This document shows, piece after piece, positions 55,913-64,000 of a stretch of DNA of 64,000 bases (positions within the stretch are counted from its first letter, which is position 1; every line of letters starts with the position of its first letter). A program made the translations under genes and the position numbers. The stretch covers positions 33,640 through 97,639 of the forward strand of contig JBFJJN010000009.1 of NCBI GenBank assembly GCA_041612255.1, written 5' to 3'. This DNA is from Methylophilaceae bacterium (lineage in GTDB: Bacteria > Pseudomonadota > Gammaproteobacteria > Burkholderiales > Methylophilaceae). Below the pieces are notes generated by a model that worked only from the letters and a program-made list of their open reading frames with translations, made no database searches and had not been told where the DNA came from.

Positions 55913-56566
55913 TTATTCGAAATTAGGATTGAAATATTCACGACGACCTTGGAATTGGCCAATGCGTTCGACTAATAAATTAAATGCCGCTTCATCTTTA
56001 ATAATATTGAGTTTTTCATTATTGACAATCAGCACTGGTGCCGCATCATAACTATGAAAATATTCACTGTATGCATTTGATAAACGCTCAATATATTGCG
56101 GCGGCATATTTGACTCATACTCTATATTGCGTTCTGCAATACGTTCCGTTAGAGAGCTTAAAGGTGTTTGTAAATAAATGACCAAATCCGGCTTGGGGGA
56201 TTCTAGTTGCAAGTGATGATAAATCTGATGATAAAGTGCATATTCTTCATCATTTAAGTTTAAGCGCGCAAATATCGGATCTTTTTCCAAAAAGAAATCG
56301 GCGGTAATTGGTTGTGAAAATAGATCAATTTGACTGATATCAGCAATCTGTCGTGCACGCTGAAACAAGAAAAATAGCTGTGTTTGCAGAGCATAACGTT
56401 TAGGATCTTGATAAAAGCGAGCTAAAAAAGGATTTTCTTCTGCTTTTTCGGACAGTAGTTGCGTTGAAAACTTTTCAGACAGCATACATGCTAAAGTTGT
56501 TTTTCCGCTGCCAATAGGTCCTTCTACAACAATAAATGGATATTTATTAAAAATGTTCATGCTCAA
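55913..56566 (-). CDS. Deoxynucleoside kinase (dCK/dGK family)
   Basis: 217 aa. P-loop EGPIGSGKTT and the ERS/DR-type blocks (..FLFQR..., IYLQTPLSSLTERIAERNIEYE). Confidence 0.72.
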   Translation of the reverse strand: MSMNIFNKYPFIVVEGPIGSGKTTLACMLSEKFSTQLLSEKAEENPFLARFYQDPKRYALQTQLFFLFQRARQIADISQIDLFSQPITADFFLEKDPIFARLNLNDEEYALYHQIYHHLQLESPKPDLVIYLQTPLSSLTERIAERNIEYESNMPPQYIERLSNAYSEYFHSYDAAPVLIVNNEKLNIIKDEAAFNLLVERIGQFQGRREYFNPNFE

Positions 56567-57069
56567 TGATTGCTCAGTTTTTTAATGCCTTGGTTTCGGA
56601 AAGCTTCTGCTAATTTTACAACATTATTATGTTTAGAAATAACATCATCCTGATGGCTAATCACCAAGTCTGGCGCAATCTCGGCCAGTGGTAATAAAAC
56701 AAAACCGCGCAAATGCATACGTGGATGCGGTAAGGTCAGAAAGTCAGTTTTTTGTACGATACGGTCATACAACAGTAAATCTAAATCAAGAATACGTGGC
56801 GCGTTGGGAAAAGGGCGCTCACGTCCAAATGTTTGCTCAATATCCAATAGCGCCGTCAATAAAGATTCTGGTGTTAAATCCGTTTCAATCTCAGCAACCG
56901 CATTAATAAAGTCCGGTTGATTATCATAACCAACAGGTTCTGATTGATAAAGACTAGAGCATTGCAACACGGTCGTTTTTGGCGCTTCAGCTAGTGCGGA
57001 TAATGCATTTATGACCTGTAAAGCAGGGTCGCATAAATTGCTACCCAAAGCGACATAGGCTTTATGCAC
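56563..57069 (-). CDS. folK: 2-amino-4-hydroxy-6-hydroxymethyldihydropteridine diphosphokinase
   Basis: 168 aa. AYVALGSNL...SSLYQSEPVG...RILDLDLLLY...LTLPHPRM. Confidence 0.92.
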   Translation of the reverse strand: MHKAYVALGSNLCDPALQVINALSALAEAPKTTVLQCSSLYQSEPVGYDNQPDFINAVAEIETDLTPESLLTALLDIEQTFGRERPFPNAPRILDLDLLLYDRIVQKTDFLTLPHPRMHLRGFVLLPLAEIAPDLVISHQDDVISKHNNVVKLAEAFRNQGIKKLSNH

Positions 57070-58435
57070 TGCCAGCTTCCTTAACTTCAGGTTTTTTTGG
57101 TTTGCGTTTACGTCTTTTTTTAGGTGTTAAATCTGGCAAAAGCATGGCAGCACGTTGTTCAGTGCTTGCATGGGCAAAGGTGGTCCACCACTCACCAATT
57201 TCAGTTGCAATTTCGCCTGATTCAGCCCGCAACAACATAAAATCATAAGCAGCACGATAGCGCGGATGTGTAATCAACGCAAAAGGGCGCTTGCCAGCGC
57301 GTTGTTCAAAACGTGGTTGCATCGCCCAAATTTCTTTCATGGTCGAGACAAAACGGTTATGAATAGCTAATTTATTTGCTTGCAATTGAACCACTTCATC
57401 CATCGCGTTGTATAAAGCGGGAATCATCGGCGCGTGTTTTTGCTCAACTTGCCATGCTTTTAATACTTCGTGCCATAGCAATGCGGCGAATAGAAAACTA
57501 GGATTCGATGACTTGCCTTCCATGATGCGGTCATCTGTATTTTTGAGCGCTAGCATGACAAATTTCTCGCCCAGCGGTTGCTCTAACACCACATCAAGTA
57601 ACGGCAATAAGCCATGATGCAAATGTTGTGCACGTAAAATATTGATACTTTCGATGGCGTGACCAGATAAAAAAAGTTTTAACATTTCATCAAACAAACG
57701 GCTTGGTGGCACATCCTGCAATAAATGCGCTAACTCAGCGATTGGTTTCTCGGTTGCTTTATCAATCTTTAAGCCTAGCTTAGCGGATAATCTAACGGCG
57801 CGTAACATGCGCACTGGATCTTCTTTATAGCGCGTGACTGGTTCGCCAATCATGCGTAATAAGCGCGCATTTACATCAGCAACACCATGATGAAAATCCA
57901 ACACCTCTTGTGTTTTTGGGTTGTAATAAAGTGCATTGGCAGTAAAGTCGCGTCTTACTGCATCATCTTCCAAACTGCCGAAAATATTATCGCGCAAAAT
58001 ACGGCCAGTATCGTTGGTTGAGCCATCGCTTTTATTCGGATTATTATCATGGTGACCGCGAAAAGTCGATACTTCGATCGTTTCTCTGCCCCATAGCACA
58101 TGGACTAAGCGAAAACGTCTGCCGATAATGCGCGAGCGGCGGAATATTTTATTGACTTCCTCTGGCTCGGCATTAGTCGCAATATCAAAATCTTTTGGTT
58201 TAAAATTTAACAGCAAATCTCGCACAGCGCCGCCAACTATATAAGCATCAAAGCCTGCATTTTGTAAGCCTTCACAGGTTTTAATCGCCGCTGAACTGAT
58301 TAAATCTTGATTGATTTTGTGCTTTTTAAACGAGATGGTTTTAGCTGTGCTTGACAGGCTTAACTCGGCTTCATTGATTGAAACTTCTGCTTTTGCACGT
58401 TTACTAAAGACTTTGTTAAGAAATTTTTTAATCAT
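57062..58435 (-). CDS. pcnB: Poly(A) polymerase I
   Basis: 457 aa. YIVGGAVRDLLL..PKDFDIAT, RDFTANALYY, and a basic C-terminal tail. Confidence 0.92.
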   Translation of the reverse strand: MIKKFLNKVFSKRAKAEVSINEAELSLSSTAKTISFKKHKINQDLISSAAIKTCEGLQNAGFDAYIVGGAVRDLLLNFKPKDFDIATNAEPEEVNKIFRRSRIIGRRFRLVHVLWGRETIEVSTFRGHHDNNPNKSDGSTNDTGRILRDNIFGSLEDDAVRRDFTANALYYNPKTQEVLDFHHGVADVNARLLRMIGEPVTRYKEDPVRMLRAVRLSAKLGLKIDKATEKPIAELAHLLQDVPPSRLFDEMLKLFLSGHAIESINILRAQHLHHGLLPLLDVVLEQPLGEKFVMLALKNTDDRIMEGKSSNPSFLFAALLWHEVLKAWQVEQKHAPMIPALYNAMDEVVQLQANKLAIHNRFVSTMKEIWAMQPRFEQRAGKRPFALITHPRYRAAYDFMLLRAESGEIATEIGEWWTTFAHASTEQRAAMLLPDLTPKKRRKRKPKKPEVKEAGSA

Positions 58436-58983
58436 CGATTGGCCGTATTATTCCAAAGCACATCATTAATCCCTGCTTCCTGATTTAATACACGACATAA
58501 GACAAACAGCAAGTCTGAGAAGCGATTGATATATTGTAACGATATGGCCGTTAGCTTTTCTTCAGCATCAAGCGCATGCATTGTACGCTCGGCGCGCCGA
58601 CAAACAGTTCTGGCCAGATGGCAATAAGCCGCTCCACGACTGCCGCCTGGTAAGATAAATTCTTTTAGTGGCGTCAGTTTGTCATTCCATGCATCTAACT
58701 GTGATTCTAATGCATCAATACGCTCTGCTTTTATAAGCGACATATCAGGTATGCAAATCTCGCCACCGAGATTAAATAAATCATGTTGAATTGCGATGAG
58801 GCAAGTTCGAATACTTTCTGAAACAGGCTCTGTTAACAGTATGCCAATCACCGCATTTAGCTCATCAACATCACCCATTGCTTGAACGCGTAAGCTGTTT
58901 TTTGCCACTCTTGTGCCATCGCCTAGCCCCGTCGTGCCATCATCACCAGTGCGCGTGTAAATCTTACTTAATCGATTACCCAT
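58432..58983 (-). CDS. PduO-type ATP:cob(I)alamin adenosyltransferase
   Basis: 183 aa. IYTRTGDDGTTGL....V.K...RV.A.GDVDELN. Confidence 0.85.
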   Translation of the reverse strand: MGNRLSKIYTRTGDDGTTGLGDGTRVAKNSLRVQAMGDVDELNAVIGILLTEPVSESIRTCLIAIQHDLFNLGGEICIPDMSLIKAERIDALESQLDAWNDKLTPLKEFILPGGSRGAAYCHLARTVCRRAERTMHALDAEEKLTAISLQYINRFSDLLFVLCRVLNQEAGINDVLWNNTANR

Positions 58984-59019
58984 AACTTACGTTTCTAATA
59001 TAATGGGATATTATAAATC

Positions 59020-59844
59020 ATGCATAACAATTTATTGAACAATAAACCATCATATTCGCTTCCGATTGGGATGATGGACTCTGGTGTCGGCGGCATTTCC
59101 GTTTTAAATCACATTCGCCAGCTGCTGCCGCATGAAAGCATCTACTATATTGCGGATAGTTTATATGCCCCGTATGGCAATAAAACGTCCACAGAAATTA
59201 CCGAGCGTTGTTTTGCCATTAGCGATTTTTTGATTGCACAAGGAGTTAAAGCGATTGTCGTGGCCTGCAATACAGCAACCGCTGCTGCCATTAAATCCAT
59301 GCGTGCGCGCTACAGCATCCCTATTATTGGTATGGAACCGGCGGTTAAGCCAGCCGCTATGGCCAGCAAAAATGGCATTATCGGTGTTCTAGCCACAGTG
59401 GGCACCATCAAAAGTGCGCAATATGCAGCATTGCTTGAAACTTATGGCGCTGGCGTTACGGTTTTAGCACAAGGCTGCGATGGCTTGGTTGAACGTGTAG
59501 AGAGTGGTGCGCTAGCAGATGGCGCAACGCGGCATTTACTCAATCAATATTTGGCACCATTGCTAGATGGCGGAGCAGATACGATTGTTTTAGGCTGTAC
59601 CCATTACCCCTTTTTGCGCCCGTTAATCGCAGAAATTGTTGGCTCTCACATAGCGGTGATTGATACAGGGAAAGCAGTTAGTGCGCAATTGCAGAAAAAG
59701 CTGTTCGAGGCTGAATTATTAGCAAGTGAAACGCAGCAGGCAGACGTATTATTTTGGACGAATAGTCAGTCCAATGAAGCGAGTAAAGTGATACAGCAGC
59801 TTTATGGAGACGCAGTGGAAGTTAAGCAATGGTCTGGGTCATGA
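59020..59844 (+). CDS. murI: Glutamate racemase
   Basis: 274 aa. DSGVGGISV, CNTATA and GCTHYP catalytic-cysteine motifs. Confidence 0.93.
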   Translation: MHNNLLNNKPSYSLPIGMMDSGVGGISVLNHIRQLLPHESIYYIADSLYAPYGNKTSTEITERCFAISDFLIAQGVKAIVVACNTATAAAIKSMRARYSIPIIGMEPAVKPAAMASKNGIIGVLATVGTIKSAQYAALLETYGAGVTVLAQGCDGLVERVESGALADGATRHLLNQYLAPLLDGGADTIVLGCTHYPFLRPLIAEIVGSHIAVIDTGKAVSAQLQKKLFEAELLASETQQADVLFWTNSQSNEASKVIQQLYGDAVEVKQWSGS

Positions 59845-59887
59845 TGAAAGCTGTTCATCGGCTTAATAACCTGATGTCATTAGACGA

Positions 59888-61255
59888 TTAGCCTGATGCA
59901 TCCTCTTCATCAATTAACTCAGTGATTATTTTTTCGATATTCACTCGACCAATATGATGATCTTCAATGCTTAATACGCTAAATCTATAATCTCTGTCTT
60001 CTATCATGTCTTTAACTTTAGGCATGCGTTGTAATTTATTCAAAAAGAGGCCTGAGATAGTATTGGCATCCATTGTGTCATCAGGACGATAGCCCGTCGC
60101 ACGGCCTAAATCGGTAATAGAGACTAACCCATAAGCCTCCCATACGTTATCTGCGATATTTTGGATGTCAATATTATTTTCTTCAGTATCGGTCTCATCA
60201 TGAATCTCGCCAACAATTTCTTCTAGCAAATCTTCCAATGTCACTATGCCACTGAATTCACCATATTCATTCACCACGAAAGCCATGTGGGCTTTGCGTG
60301 TGCGCATTAACTCAAATAATTTGGATACGCGTTGTGTTTCAGGAATTACCAATGGATCACGACAGTATGTTGCAAGATCGCTCCATGGCTCTTTAACGCC
60401 ATCCAGTAAGGCGTTGTAGATATCTTTAACGAGCAAAAGGCCTTTGATTTCATCATTGTTATTGCTGTCAATAACAGGATAGCGCGAATGCCCAGATTCA
60501 CGAATAATCCTCAGGTTTTCATCTTTATCATTGGCTAAATCAAGGCTGTGACTAGCGCTTACAGGAATCATTACGCGCCCAATCTGGCGTAGATCAAATT
60601 CAAAAAGATTATGCAACATGCGAGCCTTACCAAACTCAATTTTCCCATGCTCGCGCGAAGCCTTCACTAAGCCTTTAATTTCATCACTGGATAAAATTTC
60701 ACCATGACCTGCTTCTTCAACGCCAAATTTTTTCAGAATCCAGCCAGATGCTTTATTGAGTAGCCAATTAAATGGAAAAACAGCGATATAAGACCAGTGT
60801 AACGGGTACGCAACGATGAGCGACATGGCTTCAGGTTTGCGGATGGCAAAGGTTTTAGGCACTTGCTCGCCAATAATAATGTGTAAAGACGAAAAGATTA
60901 GGAAACCAGTTAGAAAGGCGATGGTATGAATCATGGCGGCAGGTAAACCAAATGAAGATAATACCGGCTCTAATAAGGCAGCCACCGTCGGCTCGCCGAC
61001 CCAGCCAAGTCCTAATGAGGCCATTGTAATACCTAATTGGCAGGCGGCTAAATACGCTTCAAGATTCTGCTGTATTTTCTGCGTCATCTTGGCTGACTTA
61101 TTGCCTTGTTCGGCAAGCTTATCAATTCTAAATCCGCGTGCTTTAACTAAGGCAAACTCTGCTGCGACAAAAAAAGCATTGGCCGCTAGTAAAAAAACAA
61201 CAGAGATTAAACTGAGAGTGGTACCCATGGCATTACCTTTATAAAATAACTTCAA
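59888..61255 (-). CDS. HlyC/CorC-family (CNNM/DUF21-CBS-CorC_HlyC) transporter
   Basis: 455 aa. Four TM helices of a DUF21 domain, a CBS pair and a CorC_HlyC C-terminal domain. Confidence 0.85.
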   Translation of the reverse strand: MKLFYKGNAMGTTLSLISVVFLLAANAFFVAAEFALVKARGFRIDKLAEQGNKSAKMTQKIQQNLEAYLAACQLGITMASLGLGWVGEPTVAALLEPVLSSFGLPAAMIHTIAFLTGFLIFSSLHIIIGEQVPKTFAIRKPEAMSLIVAYPLHWSYIAVFPFNWLLNKASGWILKKFGVEEAGHGEILSSDEIKGLVKASREHGKIEFGKARMLHNLFEFDLRQIGRVMIPVSASHSLDLANDKDENLRIIRESGHSRYPVIDSNNNDEIKGLLLVKDIYNALLDGVKEPWSDLATYCRDPLVIPETQRVSKLFELMRTRKAHMAFVVNEYGEFSGIVTLEDLLEEIVGEIHDETDTEENNIDIQNIADNVWEAYGLVSITDLGRATGYRPDDTMDANTISGLFLNKLQRMPKVKDMIEDRDYRFSVLSIEDHHIGRVNIEKIITELIDEEDASG

Positions 61256-61427
61256 TCATTAAAAGTAGCGAAAAGCGACTTGATGTTTGTTATGAATATT
61301 TAATTATTGCTGTTAATAGCGCTTAATAGAAGTGACAATCACTCTATTTTTAATGCTTCTTTATAACATATAAATAGCGGTTAATATTGGCAACATTCAA
61401 GGGCTAATATTTACTGGAGCTAAACCA

Positions 61428-62768
61428 TTAGCTAGCAAACTGAATGGCTTGCAAGCGCTCGACAATCTCTGGGAAAAGAGGGCGCATTGAACTATTGCTA
61501 GCAACACAGTTTTTTTGTAATTGCCATAAGGCATGGTAGGTTTTGTTTTTTAAAGGGCTGCGCATCAGTAATTCTGTTAGCAACGTGCCAAATGCACTAG
61601 ATTCAATTTGTTGTAATTGAGTCGCTAACGATTCGTCTAGTGGTAAAAGCGAGGCGCCACCTAAGTCGCTCAAGATGGCATTATGCTGATGCCATAAAAT
61701 ATTATGCGCATATAAATCGCCATGCATTAAGCCTTGTCGGTGTAAGTGCAGCATCGCATGCGCAATGCCATGAATAATAACGAACACCTCTGCAATGGTA
61801 AATGTTCGCAATGGCACATAGACATCGCGGCTGCAAGTCGCAAAATCAGGCGGACCGGCTAACACGGTTAAATTAGCCTCTAACAATGACATCACTAAGC
61901 CTAAGGTATTATCAGGATGATTGATGATTGTGCCTATCATACCGGTGAGATTCTTATGATTACCGGCGATTACATTGGCGTGCAGTTCACAGGTGGGCAA
62001 ACCATCGCTGGTTAATGCACCTTTAAATAATTTAACGGCTACTATTTCAGATGCCGCATTTGCATGAATTGGTTTTTCTTCATACAGCATCGCCTCAAAA
62101 ATAGTGCCAGATGCGCCTTCACCTAACACCTTTTTTAACTTAATGCGTTGCCAATCAATAGTTTGAATAGCATTGCTTGCCATCCGAGAATCTTCAACTA
62201 CGTTGCTAACTGGATTGCCCGCGTAGGCCAGCCATTTCAATTTTGGTAAATTAAATAGCCATGATGGTAATGATGCAAATTGATTAGCAGATATTCGCAA
62301 CAATTCTAACGCATGGCAATTAGATAATGATTCTGGCAAAGCGGACAATTGATTACCAGCCAGCATTAACTTTTGCAGATTTTTACATAAACCCAACGCC
62401 GAAGGCAGTTTAGTTAACGCGTTGTCGGTCATAATGAACCAGCGAAGATGCTGGGTTGGAATTGCCTGTTCGGCTATGTGATTAATCTGATTGGCTTTAA
62501 ACCCAATCATGCTCAAGCTAGTACATTTTCCTAAAACTTCAGGCAGGTATGTAAATTGATTGAATGAACAAAAAAGAATACGTAACTTTTTAAATCGATC
62601 AAAATCGTCAGGTAGTGCGGATAATTGATTGCCCGATAAATCGAGAATTTCTAAGGTATCGGTTAGGTTATAGATTTCTTCAGGGAAACTACTTAAGCCG
62701 CATGACAGCTTAAGTTGCTTACACCCAATCAGTTTGCCCGCTTTTAATTGCGTGTAGGTTGAATCCAC
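61428..62768 (-). CDS. Leucine-rich-repeat protein fused to a eukaryotic-type protein kinase domain
   Basis: 446 aa. About 7 LRRs of the LxxLxLxxNxLxxLP type (LEILDLSGNQLSALPDDF, LQKLMLAGNQLSALPESL, LELLRISANQFASLPSWL). The kinase has a Gly-loop GEGASGTIF, VAVK lysine, catalytic loop HGDLYAHNIL and DLG in place of DFG. Confidence 0.8.
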   Translation of the reverse strand: MDSTYTQLKAGKLIGCKQLKLSCGLSSFPEEIYNLTDTLEILDLSGNQLSALPDDFDRFKKLRILFCSFNQFTYLPEVLGKCTSLSMIGFKANQINHIAEQAIPTQHLRWFIMTDNALTKLPSALGLCKNLQKLMLAGNQLSALPESLSNCHALELLRISANQFASLPSWLFNLPKLKWLAYAGNPVSNVVEDSRMASNAIQTIDWQRIKLKKVLGEGASGTIFEAMLYEEKPIHANAASEIVAVKLFKGALTSDGLPTCELHANVIAGNHKNLTGMIGTIINHPDNTLGLVMSLLEANLTVLAGPPDFATCSRDVYVPLRTFTIAEVFVIIHGIAHAMLHLHRQGLMHGDLYAHNILWHQHNAILSDLGGASLLPLDESLATQLQQIESSAFGTLLTELLMRSPLKNKTYHALWQLQKNCVASNSSMRPLFPEIVERLQAIQFAS

Positions 62769-62798
62769 TGAACGTATATGTCTGTTTAATCCAGTAAT

Positions 62799-62987
62799 TT
62801 AGTGGTGTGAAACCACTTCGCCCGCTTTTAATTTATATTTGGTACCGCAGTAAGGGCAAGCAACTTCACCCGTCTTGCTAATATCTAAAAAAACGCGCGG
62901 ATGTGATGCCCAAAGCGCCACTTCATCCGTTGGGCAATGGAGTGGCAATTGTTTTGCCGTTACTTCAAACTCTTTAACATCAGACAT
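62799..62987 (-). CDS. Small zinc-finger (zf-CHCC-type) protein
   Basis: 62 aa. LHCP...CPYCGTKY, immediately downstream of ilvE. Confidence 0.7.
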   Translation of the reverse strand: MSDVKEFEVTAKQLPLHCPTDEVALWASHPRVFLDISKTGEVACPYCGTKYKLKAGEVVSHH

Positions 62988-63043
62988 CTACAATCCTTTT
63001 ATAACAACTTAATTTATAACAACTTAGTTTATAACCACTCGGT

Positions 63044-63976
63044 TTAAACTAGTGTTAACCAATGCGCGTGTTTAGGTGATCTGCCTTTAACTGCATCAAA
63101 ATACATCGCTTGGAGTTTTTCAGTAATTGGTCCACGCGTTCCGTTGCCAATCGCGCGATTATCTAACTCGCGAATCGGCGTTACTTCAGCTGCGGTGCCC
63201 GTAAAGAAGGCTTCATCAGCACTATAAACTTCATCGCGTGTGATGCGTTTTTCAACTACTTCTAAGCCAATTTCGCCAGCAAGCTGAACAATCGTATCGC
63301 GGGTAATGCCTTCTAATGCACTGGTCAAGTCTGGTGTATATAGTTTGCCATGACGGACAATGAAAATATTCTCGCCAGAACCTTCAGCTACAAAACCATC
63401 AACATCTAATAATAATGCCTCTTGGTAACCATCTTGCGCTGCTTCTTGATGCGCAAGAATGCTGTTCATATAGTTACCATTTGCTTTGGCTTTACACATG
63501 GTGATGTTTACATGGTGGCGTGAGAAAGAGGATGTTTTAACGCGAATACCTTTAGTAATGGCTTCTTCACCCATATAAGCGCCCCAGCTCCAAGCTGCGC
63601 AAATGACATGAGTAGATAATGTTTTAGCAGAAATACCCATCGCTTCAGAACCATAAAAAGCCATTGGACGAATATAAGCAGAAACTAATTTATTTTCACG
63701 CACCGCTGTTTTTTGCGCTTCTGAAATGGTCGCTTTATCAAATGGCATTTTCATACCCAAGATATGCGCACTGCGGAACAATCTATCTGTATGATCTTGC
63801 AAACGGAAAATCGCCGTGCCTTTATCGGTTTCATAAGCACGCACGCCTTCAAACACGCCCATACCGTAATGCAAAGTATGTGTTAATACGTGAGTGGTCG
63901 CATCGCGCCAGTTGACTAATTTGCCGTCGTACCAAATAAAACCATCGCGGTCAGACATTGAGGTTGGTATTGCCAT
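63044..63976 (-). CDS. ilvE: Branched-chain amino acid aminotransferase
   Basis: 310 aa. DRDGFIWYDGKLV..W.DA..HVLTH.LHYG..VFEG.RAY, and EGSGENIF. Confidence 0.94.
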   Translation of the reverse strand: MAIPTSMSDRDGFIWYDGKLVNWRDATTHVLTHTLHYGMGVFEGVRAYETDKGTAIFRLQDHTDRLFRSAHILGMKMPFDKATISEAQKTAVRENKLVSAYIRPMAFYGSEAMGISAKTLSTHVICAAWSWGAYMGEEAITKGIRVKTSSFSRHHVNITMCKAKANGNYMNSILAHQEAAQDGYQEALLLDVDGFVAEGSGENIFIVRHGKLYTPDLTSALEGITRDTIVQLAGEIGLEVVEKRITRDEVYSADEAFFTGTAAEVTPIRELDNRAIGNGTRGPITEKLQAMYFDAVKGRSPKHAHWLTLV

Positions 63977-64000
63977 GTTGCTACCTTAAAAATTCACAAA

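Noticed and set aside
1-64000. CRISPR arrays, rRNA operons, IS elements, prophage or toxin-antitoxin pairs
   Set aside because: I read through all intergenic gaps. There are no regularly spaced direct repeats, no rRNA-like sequence, no transposase, integrase or phage structural ORFs, and no small adjacent ORF pairs typical of TA modules.

Overview
AT-rich chromosomal segment of a flagellated proteobacterium. Gene content and order (FlhDC master regulator, zf-CHCC gene beside ilvE, pcnB-folK-panBCD, recA-recX-alaS-lysC-tRNA-Ser) suggest a low-GC beta- or gammaproteobacterium, but I cannot name the taxon. Most of the window is dense housekeeping DNA. I saw no rRNA, CRISPR array, transposase, integrase or prophage genes. 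Layout, left to right: (1) flagellar block flhA'/flhB (-), a long AT-rich regulatory region holding a ~260-bp tandem duplication, then flhD-flhC, a membrane methyltransferase and motA-motB (+). (2) An orphan 827-aa GspE/PilB-type ATPase (-) with its own sigma-28-like promoter. (3) rfbG and a HAD phosphatase. (4) A seven-gene co-directional catabolic operon (Puu-like gamma-glutamylation genes, gabD, gabT, tdh, kbl). (5) An HDOD-GAF protein. (6) A stress/envelope cluster: CHASE3 kinase, NarL-type regulator, lone receiver, YtjA/YqjD/YqjE-like membrane proteins and two periplasmic EF-hand proteins. (7) A DnaQ-GIY-YIG nuclease, tRNA-Arg, a Na+/solute symporter, a decayed PAS-GGDEF pseudogene, a MASE1-CHASE-PAS kinase with a REC-PAS-GGDEF-EAL partner, and tRNA-Ser. 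(8) From 38.7 kb onward, core genes: lysC, alaS, recX, recA, pncC, pgpA, thiL, mogA, yjgA/pmbA, mlaA, phr, rlmH, rsfS, panDCB, dNK, folK, pcnB, pduO-type ATR, murI, corC and ilvE. This block is interrupted by a eukaryote-like LRR-protein kinase fusion. Best candidates for undescribed biology: the sigma-28-driven orphan ATPase with four MshEN-like repeats beside motAB, the CHASE3/NarL-controlled EF-hand/BON/YqjD stress module, and the LRR-kinase. All functional calls come from reading translations by eye. No database search was run.
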